DNA of 64,000 bases from Pseudobdellovibrionaceae bacterium (GTDB lineage Bacteria; Bdellovibrionota; Bdellovibrionia; Bdellovibrionales; JAMPXM01): assembly GCA_947462815.1 (NCBI GenBank), contig CANHQR010000012.1, positions 8,095 to 72,094 of the forward strand, read 5' to 3'. The notes below the pieces were generated by a model. That model worked only from the letters and a program-made list of their open reading frames with translations. It was not told the DNA's origin and made no database searches. How positions within the stretch are numbered: position 1 is the first letter of the stretch; each line of letters opens with the position of its first letter. Made by a program: the position numbers and the translations under genes. Below, piece after piece: positions 57,512 to 64,000 of the stretch.

Positions 57512-60025
57512 TCACACTGGAGTGACCTGCGAATCCCGCCCCTCCGAGGTCGACTTGGGGCCATCAAGGATTTCAAAAAATCGAAACACACGAGCCGCGT
57601 TGTCTCGAAAGCGATTCAATTCCGCTTCGGGGACTTCTATTTCGCCAAAGAGAGTCCGCGAAAAGGTCCTGGTACTTTGCCGAAACGGCGAAACGATCGA
57701 CGAAAATGTTTCGCTCTCTTGAGCAATACGTTCTGCAAAGAGTTCGGCGGGCTCACTTTCACTTCGAGGCGTGGCCGAGGCGTCAAAGGCTCCCAGTAAG
57801 AGGTTGTAGGTTTCAATGACTTCTTGATCGGGGCGAAGTTGCTGGCGTCGCAAGCCCATCAGTCGAGATCGCAGAAGCTCGCGCTCTTTACGACCCAACT
57901 GAATGAGGCGCACGGCGGGTTTGTGACCGCGCTTTCTGAAATGTCGCAAGACTCTCATGACGAGGTAGATCCCGCCCACAATCAGGGCGATCTTAAAAAT
58001 CGCCATGAATACTTGAATGATGAGCTCGAAGGTCTTTTGAGCGACTTCGACTTTTCGCTTATGCTCGGCCTCGGCCTTTTCTCTCTCTTTGGCCTTTGTT
58101 CGAGCATCGTTCAGCGCCTGGGCAATCGGCGGTGAAGTTGCCGGCGCGGTCGCCTCCAAGATCTTCTCCCCTTGCGCTGCACGTCTCGCTGCACCGTTTG
58201 GGTCAACGACGTCCCCACGGCTCGCCTTCGAATCTGGTCCGGGAAGGTCTGTCGCAGGAGCCCCTCCCTGACCCGGAGACGCCGAAGCTGGGGCGAGGCT
58301 TTGCCCCGAATTCTGATTCTGATTCGGGACGACCGACTGAGGCGCCAGCGGACGCAGTTGCGTACGAGTTTGCGCCAGCTCAGAGCGCATTTGTTCGCTC
58401 AGCTTTTCGAGTTGGCGAATTTGCTCTTGCGCCCGGTGGAGGTCCGCGGGCCTTGAGGGCGTCGGGCTTTGCGAAGAGGCGGCTGAGATGTCCGGTTCTG
58501 AAGAATTCGGCCACTGTTGATGTGAGGCCGATTGAGCCTTCGCTTGAGCCTGCGCCCGCGCTTGTCTTTGAATCTTCTCAAACTCCTCAGGACTCAATCC
58601 ATTTTGCGCGGCGAGCTTCTGAAGCTGTGACAACTCCCGATCCATCTCAGCAGAGCCTCGTCCGCTCGACCAAAGCTCTGCAACCGAACCGCCTTGAGGA
58701 ACTTGCAAGTCCTGTGAACCGGAACGGGTCGCCGGCAGCTTTTGGGCGTGAGCGCGAAGCATTTCAATCGCCTCGATGCTCCTTCGAAGCTGCTCGAGAT
58801 CCGCGGCAGACATGGGCGGTCGTGCCCCCCCGTTTCCCGCAGGACCTGAAGAGGAGGCGCGACCCTGAGCGAAGCGCGACCCTGCTTCAAGAGATGCCGA
58901 CGAATCCCTACGACTCCCCAGACCCGATGGGCTCGCGTTACCCGAGATTTGCGAGATCTGCGAGATCTGCAATTGATTTCGATCAGCATTCGTTTCTCCC
59001 GAGCCAGACGGCCTCATGACCGAATTCGCGTCGGGTGCAGCCTGGCCGACCTGATGTGGACCCAAATGCGACGGCTGAGGAATCAATTTTTCGGCCATGC
59101 TTTGCGCCAGCCGCTTGGACCACGCCGGAGGGTGCGCCGACGCGGATTTTGGACGCCCCTCCAAGATCTGTCGAAGCTTCGACTCGACTTCGTAAACACT
59201 CCAGAACAGGAGGCTAAAAACAACGGCAAACTTGAGACCCGATCGAAAGATCCGACCGAGCTGTGGATCTAGATCTGTGGTGAGCTGAAGGTCGCGCCAA
59301 CGTGCAAGTTTCAGATGCGAAAAAGCGGCCAAGCTTGTGGCATGCAAGACAAGGCTCAACACGCCAAGAGACAAAGCGGCGTTACTGGAGAGATCCCGAG
59401 GTACAAAATAGATCGCAAACGCACCCGACACCATGAGCAGCCAAAGCGACTGCTGGAGGAAAAAGTTTCGGAAGATGACCCAGAAAACGAGAACGGCGTA
59501 AACTTTGACGGCTATCGGCCACCAAGAAAACAAAGCCACAAGTCCAACACCTAACAACAGCCCCACAACAAGACGGCCAAGTCCCGGCAAAGTTCCCACA
59601 TGCAATCGATCCATCAAGCGAAGTTCCGCATTCTCCACACTTCGATCCGGCCATTCTTCGCCAAAGGCCACGAAGTTTGTCTTCGCATGGGCCTGAGGCT
59701 TCCGATCCCAATCGAAAAACTGCGTTCGATGGCCTTGAAACAGATCGCGAATTCGCCAAGCCACAAGACTCACAAATGTAAAGGCCACAACCGAGGCGAC
59801 AAGATCGAGAGCCTGACGATTCGAGGCCATGGGCCACAAGCCCAACACCAGCGAACTGCACATCGAAAGCCCCAAGAGACCCTCAAAGTGAAGCTGAGGC
59901 ACGCTGAGCCGATTCACTCGACCGGACTCGCGACCTCTCGGCCCACTCCCAGACGACGATCGCTCGAACTTGTTGCGATGATCTGCCCGAGGCGCTGTGG
60001 CTTTTGAACGATTTGATGACTTCAT
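57512..60025 (-). CDS. TgpA-like membrane protein lacking a recognisable transglutaminase core (multi-TM N-terminus, long low-complexity middle, TM + DUF4129-like C-terminus)
   Basis: Start at ATG 60025 (ATGA overlap with the DUF58 stop). N-terminal hydrophobic helices. Q/S/A/P-rich centre (QISQISQIS, ARAQAQAKAQ, NQNQNSGQ). TM IFKIALIVGGIYLVMRVL. C-terminus ...VIETYNLLLGAFDASATP...AELFAERI...FGEIEVPEAELNRFRDNAARVF is typical of DUF4129. Confidence 0.6.
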   Translation of the reverse strand: MKSSNRSKATAPRADHRNKFERSSSGSGPRGRESGRVNRLSVPQLHFEGLLGLSMCSSLVLGLWPMASNRQALDLVASVVAFTFVSLVAWRIRDLFQGHRTQFFDWDRKPQAHAKTNFVAFGEEWPDRSVENAELRLMDRLHVGTLPGLGRLVVGLLLGVGLVALFSWWPIAVKVYAVLVFWVIFRNFFLQQSLWLLMVSGAFAIYFVPRDLSSNAALSLGVLSLVLHATSLAAFSHLKLARWRDLQLTTDLDPQLGRIFRSGLKFAVVFSLLFWSVYEVESKLRQILEGRPKSASAHPPAWSKRLAQSMAEKLIPQPSHLGPHQVGQAAPDANSVMRPSGSGETNADRNQLQISQISQISGNASPSGLGSRRDSSASLEAGSRFAQGRASSSGPAGNGGARPPMSAADLEQLRRSIEAIEMLRAHAQKLPATRSGSQDLQVPQGGSVAELWSSGRGSAEMDRELSQLQKLAAQNGLSPEEFEKIQRQARAQAQAKAQSASHQQWPNSSEPDISAASSQSPTPSRPADLHRAQEQIRQLEKLSEQMRSELAQTRTQLRPLAPQSVVPNQNQNSGQSLAPASASPGQGGAPATDLPGPDSKASRGDVVDPNGAARRAAQGEKILEATAPATSPPIAQALNDARTKAKEREKAEAEHKRKVEVAQKTFELIIQVFMAIFKIALIVGGIYLVMRVLRHFRKRGHKPAVRLIQLGRKERELLRSRLMGLRRQQLRPDQEVIETYNLLLGAFDASATPRSESEPAELFAERIAQESETFSSIVSPFRQSTRTFSRTLFGEIEVPEAELNRFRDNAARVFRFFEILDGPKSTSEGRDSQVTPV

Positions 60026-61488
60026 CGCGATGAACCCTCGACCTTCGATGGCTCCGCGTGCACGGCTGCGTCTTTGGGTGAGGAATGCCGAAGAGCTTCG
60101 AACCGAAGCCACTGATCCGAGACGCTTGTCCATCTCACCACTTGTACATCGACACCCTCGTTTTTGAGTTCCATCAGTTCGCGATCTAACTCCGCAAACT
60201 GAAGGGTTAGCCCAATCGGCAAATCGCGGAGATCACCCATATGCTGGCGCCATACACTGTGTGTATCAATCGCGATGACGCTCACAGGGTGCGATTCAGC
60301 CAGGAGCGTTTTGAGGGCATTTCGCGATCGCTGTAACTCACCGGTCTGAAAGGGCGAAATGTACACAATGTGCGAGCGACGAGGAAAAAAGCTGTGATAG
60401 TGCTCCAACAGATCGATATGCGGTGTTTGTAAGATCGCATCGCGGTCCAAGTCGACAATTTGCTCGGCCACACGATGAAAGTGTTCAAGACCACCCGATG
60501 TTGAATGCATGGCCTGAGGCAGATAGACGCCGACTCGATTGCCCTGTTCGATCTGCTGCCGCAGAAGCGCCAATGTCAGATCTTTCATGAGTTCCCATGT
60601 CGATACAGAATCTCGTCCCAACTGCCATACGCCGGCAAAATTCAAGACCAGTTGCACATCGACGGCGACCGACCTTTCAAACTCTTTGACGATGAGCCCC
60701 TGCCCCCGGCTCGAGAGACGCCATGCAATTTGGCGAAGAGAGTCCCCCTGCGCGTAGGGTCGCACGCCGCTGAAATTGACACTCACGCCACGACCCAGCG
60801 TTTCGTGCATGCCAAAATGCAAGTTGTCCGGGGTTGATTGAACCTTCAACTCGTCAACTTGAACAACAAGTGGATGAACACGAATCTCTGATCTCGAATC
60901 ATCGCGGACGCGATACTCAAAAAAACCCCATGGGTCAGTGAAAGCCAATTCGGCCGGTCCCGTATGAAAGTCACCCATGCCACTATCGCAATGACGGCGG
61001 TAGCTCACTCGCGTGAGCGCGCGCGCCGCGAGTGGATCACGCACCTCGCGAAAGTGCGTATGTCGACAGGCCGTGAAGCGGTCCTCTAAGGTCCAGTAAG
61101 GCAACTCAAAATCGCTCTGATTTCGAACTTCAAAGACCATCTCGACAACATCACCCTCGCGAATGACGGAGCTTATAGCTCGACGACGAAACTCCAAACG
61201 CACATGAATCGCTCTGTGGAACCAATAAACGGCCGCAAGACTCAATGCGAGTGCGATTCCCGCCGCGAGAGCAAAGCGAGAAAACAAACCCATCAGCAAG
61301 AGTGCACCAACAGCCTGATAGGCGATCACACGAGGATGAGCCAGCGCCCGCCAAGCATGGAGTGCCGAGACCTCATGCTTGCGGAGCTGGGATTGAGAAG
61401 CCTCGCGCCAGATCTCACGCAAGGACTGGACTTCGCGATGCAGCGCTAACGATTTCGATGTATCGGCTCGAGCGACGTCTTGATTCAC
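60022..61488 (-). CDS. DUF58-domain protein
   Basis: 488 aa. GTG start in a GTGA overlap with the MoxR stop. Two N-terminal TM helices. GVRPYAQGDSLRQIAWRLSSRGQGLIVKEFE is the DUF58 signature. Confidence 0.85.
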   Translation of the reverse strand: MNQDVARADTSKSLALHREVQSLREIWREASQSQLRKHEVSALHAWRALAHPRVIAYQAVGALLLMGLFSRFALAAGIALALSLAAVYWFHRAIHVRLEFRRRAISSVIREGDVVEMVFEVRNQSDFELPYWTLEDRFTACRHTHFREVRDPLAARALTRVSYRRHCDSGMGDFHTGPAELAFTDPWGFFEYRVRDDSRSEIRVHPLVVQVDELKVQSTPDNLHFGMHETLGRGVSVNFSGVRPYAQGDSLRQIAWRLSSRGQGLIVKEFERSVAVDVQLVLNFAGVWQLGRDSVSTWELMKDLTLALLRQQIEQGNRVGVYLPQAMHSTSGGLEHFHRVAEQIVDLDRDAILQTPHIDLLEHYHSFFPRRSHIVYISPFQTGELQRSRNALKTLLAESHPVSVIAIDTHSVWRQHMGDLRDLPIGLTLQFAELDRELMELKNEGVDVQVVRWTSVSDQWLRFEALRHSSPKDAAVHAEPSKVEGSSR

Positions 61489-62444
61489 TTTCGGCGCGTC
61501 GGTGCCGGTGTTTTGGCAACCGCCATCTCCAAGATCTCTTCCGCTCGGCGACCGGACATTTTGGCCTCAGGCCGTAAGACGATTCGATGTGCGAGAACAT
61601 GCTTCACGCTTTGGTGAACATGGGCCGGCGTCACAAACTCCTCACCCAGCATGAGCGCGGTCGCTTGTGAAAAACGCGCCAAGGCCAAGGCGGCGCGCGG
61701 GCTGGCGCCCACTTTCACCTCGGACTCCTGCCGAGTTCTCTGCACAATCCCGCCAATATAAGCGTAGATTTCATCGGTCATCTTCACATGCTTCACCAGG
61801 CCCTGTAGCGATGACCACTCCTCGTGAGTCGCGACGGATTTCAAAGCATGAATCGGATGCTGGTGCGACTGACTCTTTAACATTTGCAGTTCATGGTCGG
61901 GGTCAGGATAGCCGATGGAAAGTTTCACCATGAAGCGATCCAGCTGAGCTTCAGGCAAAGGGAAAGTCCCGAGTTGATCGATGGGATTTTGCGTGGCCAT
62001 TGTGAAAAACGTCGAGTCCAGCACACGAGTTTGACCGTCGATCGAAACTTGTCCTTCGCTCATAGCCTCCAAGAGCGCGGACTGCGTTCGCGGAGTGGCT
62101 CGATTGATTTCATCCGCCAAGAGTAGACTTGTGAAAATCGGACCCGGATGAAATTCAAAAGAGTTGGAATCTTGCCGAAACACCGAAGAGCCGAGAATAT
62201 CGCTGGGCAGAAGATCCGGTGTAAACTGCACGCGCTGAAAGCTCACGTCCACCGACTTTGCGAGAGCCCGCGCCAGAATCGTCTTGCCTGTACCGGGGAC
62301 ATCTTCCAACAGGGCGTGACCGCCAGCCAGCCAAGCGGCCATCAAATCGCGAATCACTTTGGCTTTACCAAAGATGACTTTGCCGACATTGGCCTCGATT
62401 TGCGCAAGAAGAGCTGCGCCTTCTTGAAGGTTCGTGACACTCAT
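61485..62444 (-). CDS. MoxR-family AAA+ ATPase
   Basis: Start at ATG 62444 after GAGAGGGGA. GHALLEDVPGTGKTILARALA (Walker A), FQRVQFTPDLLPSDILG, LLADEINRATPRTQSALLEAM (Walker B / sensor). Confidence 0.92.
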   Translation of the reverse strand: MSVTNLQEGAALLAQIEANVGKVIFGKAKVIRDLMAAWLAGGHALLEDVPGTGKTILARALAKSVDVSFQRVQFTPDLLPSDILGSSVFRQDSNSFEFHPGPIFTSLLLADEINRATPRTQSALLEAMSEGQVSIDGQTRVLDSTFFTMATQNPIDQLGTFPLPEAQLDRFMVKLSIGYPDPDHELQMLKSQSHQHPIHALKSVATHEEWSSLQGLVKHVKMTDEIYAYIGGIVQRTRQESEVKVGASPRAALALARFSQATALMLGEEFVTPAHVHQSVKHVLAHRIVLRPEAKMSGRRAEEILEMAVAKTPAPTRRK

Positions 62445-62660
62445 GACGACATCCCCTCTCACTTCAAAGCCCGCTCGGGACCTGCGTGTATTTGCCACAG
62501 CGGCCGAGAACCCCAAGCCGAGCCTCAAGCTTACTGCCCGAAAACACGGTGAGCCAATCCGAGATTGAGACGACAACAGGGTCTGGATCATCTGCGCTCG
62601 ACCTAGGTCGCGGAGCGTGAAGCCTCGATTTCCCCGTCTCAACGTGGTCTATTGTTCAGC

Positions 62661-64000
62661 ATGAGTGTTTTGCTGACGGCCCGAGAATTGGAAAAGAGCT
62701 TCGCTTCGCGCGTCCTGTTTCGAGGCCTTAACTTTGGCGTGACCACCGGCTCGCGGATTGGCTTGATTGGCGCCAATGGTGCCGGAAAATCCACTTTGCT
62801 TCGAATCCTCGCAGGACAAATTCAGCCCGATTCCGGAGAGGTGATTCGCCAGCGCGGCCTGCGCGTCGCGATGATGGAACAGGAAGCTCGCTTCGCGTCC
62901 GGCGCGAGTGTCGAGAGCGCCGTTCAGGCCGGAGCTGAAGCCCTCGGCGACGACGTGTTTGACGCCGATGTTCATAAGCGAATCGAGGTGGTGCTATCGC
63001 GACTCAAACTGAATGAGATTCGCGATACTTCTGTCGATTCCTTAAGCGGCGGATGGCGACGACGCGTGCAATTGGGCGCGGCATTGGCCGGCGCACCCGA
63101 CCTTCTTCTGATGGATGAGCCCACCAACCATCTCGATACGGAGAGCATTCTGTGGCTTGAGGACTTTTTATCCTCGAGTTCGCTGAGCATCGTGTTGATC
63201 TCTCACGATCGTCTGTTTTTGGCCCGCACGGCGAACTGCATTTTGGAGCTCGATGCCCGCTATGAAAATGGTCTTTTGATGATGGAAGGAGAGCTCAGCG
63301 AGTTCCTCGAGCGAAAAGCGGAGCGATTAGCGGGTCTATCGGAGCGCGAACGCCGACGCGCCAATCTCTTACGCCGTGAAACAGAGTGGCTACGACGTGG
63401 CGCTAAAGCCCGACAAACCAAACAACGCGCCCGACAAGATCAAGCCGCCGATTTGGCGGACGAAGTTGCTCAACTCAAACGCTTGAACCGACGCCAACGC
63501 ATGCAGCTCAAGTTCGGCTCAGCCCAAGTTGATGAGGACCGGGCACCCGAAAAACTGATCGTCGCCGAACAATTAAGTGTTTCGCGGGGTGTTTCGCGGG
63601 GTGTTTCGCGGGCTGACCGCGAGCTGGTTCGCGGTCTCGATTTAATCATCAATTCTCGATCAAGAATTGGTCTTCTTGGGCCCAATGGCTGCGGAAAGTC
63701 GACCTTGATTCGCGTGCTCCTTGGAGAACTGCCCCCGACTTCAGGAAAGATCAAATGGGCCGAACGATTCCGCGCCACACACTTTGAGCAAGGTCGAGAC
63801 ACGTTGAACCTGAGTGTCTCCGCGATCCGCAACGTTGCTCCCGATGGCGATAGCGTGGTGATCGGCGATCGTTCGATCAACGCCAAGGCTTATCTCTCCA
63901 AATTTCTCTTCACGCCCGAGCAAGCCGTGCTCCCTGCTCAACAGCTCTCAGGTGGCGAACGAGCTCGCCTGCGTCTGGCGCAAACTCTGCTCGAGCCATC
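62661..64000 (+). CDS. ABC-F family ATPase (Uup/EttA-like), 5' ~446 codons; continues past the right window edge
   Basis: Not in the ORF track (no stop in window). ATG at 62661: MSVLLTARELEKSFASRVLF...GLIGANGAGKSTLLRIL...LSGGWRRRVQLGAAL...LLLMDEPTNHLD. Then a basic linker and a second cassette GLLGPNGCGKSTLIRVL...LSGGERARLRLAQTL. Confidence 0.9.
   Translation, partial: MSVLLTARELEKSFASRVLFRGLNFGVTTGSRIGLIGANGAGKSTLLRILAGQIQPDSGEVIRQRGLRVAMMEQEARFASGASVESAVQAGAEALGDDVFDADVHKRIEVVLSRLKLNEIRDTSVDSLSGGWRRRVQLGAALAGAPDLLLMDEPTNHLDTESILWLEDFLSSSSLSIVLISHDRLFLARTANCILELDARYENGLLMMEGELSEFLERKAERLAGLSERERRRANLLRRETEWLRRGAKARQTKQRARQDQAADLADEVAQLKRLNRRQRMQLKFGSAQVDEDRAPEKLIVAEQLSVSRGVSRGVSRADRELVRGLDLIINSRSRIGLLGPNGCGKSTLIRVLLGELPPTSGKIKWAERFRATHFEQGRDTLNLSVSAIRNVAPDGDSVVIGDRSINAKAYLSKFLFTPEQAVLPAQQLSGGERARLRLAQTLLEP
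63577..63612. repeat. Perfect 12-bp x3 in-frame tandem repeat (GTGTTTCGCGGG)
   Basis: Units at 63577-63588, 63589-63600 and 63601-63612. Encodes VSRG-VSRG-VSR(A) just before the second ABC cassette of the ABC-F protein. Confidence 0.95.

Noticed and set aside
58096-59019. 307-aa plus-strand ORF
   Set aside because: It is antisense to the low-complexity middle of the TgpA-like gene. Its composition is Pro/Arg/Ser-rich, and it would break the coupled three-gene operon.
1-64000. Scan for CRISPR arrays, IS elements, integrases, phage or toxin-antitoxin modules and known defence genes
   Set aside because: No repeat-spacer periodicity, transposase/integrase motifs or terminal inverted repeats were seen. 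Gene content and composition look uniformly chromosomal and core.

Overview
This window is a densely packed, moderately GC-rich (by eye, not computed) chromosomal segment from a Gram-negative bacterium, as shown by LptD, TonB and a TonB-dependent receptor. K/A-rich protein extensions, many coiled-coil proteins and a VKOR-DsbA fusion are loosely reminiscent of Bdellovibrionota or delta-type lineages; that placement is tentative. I support about 58 CDS. Two are missing from the ORF track because they run off the window edges: dnaE at the left on the minus strand and an ABC-F ATPase at the right on the plus strand. Most of the content is core housekeeping:
- dnaE, and a translationally coupled miaB / DUF151-like / gamma-CA-like / guaB / guaA string.
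- A thiolase plus scoAB ketone-body module, pyk, argS, HU and lptD.
- The conserved ffh / rpsP / KH / rimM / trmD / SPOUT / rplS / rnhB / yraN block.
I recognised no rRNA, tRNA, CRISPR array, IS or transposase, integrase or phage genes. I did not find a clear-cut novel defence-type island. The loci most worth a second look are:
1. A coupled MoxR / DUF58 / TgpA-like operon whose third protein seems to have lost the transglutaminase core.
2. A compact iron-uptake operon: hydroxylase-family protein, orphan FbpA-like SBP, TonB, imelysin-like lipoprotein and TBDR, next to a bacterioferritin-like gene.
3. Cyclic-nucleotide signalling parts: a cNMP-binding protein with an unknown C-terminal domain, and a CHASE2 class III cyclase divergent from a STAS protein.
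4. A histone-H1-like K/A/P-rich protein with a CCCH motif.
5. A multicopper-oxidase gene remnant.
6. An unusually long 500-bp spacer with short tandem repeats inside the ffh-rpsP block.
7. Several sharp palindromes and tandem repeats.
All functional calls rest on motif recognition by eye. No database search was run.
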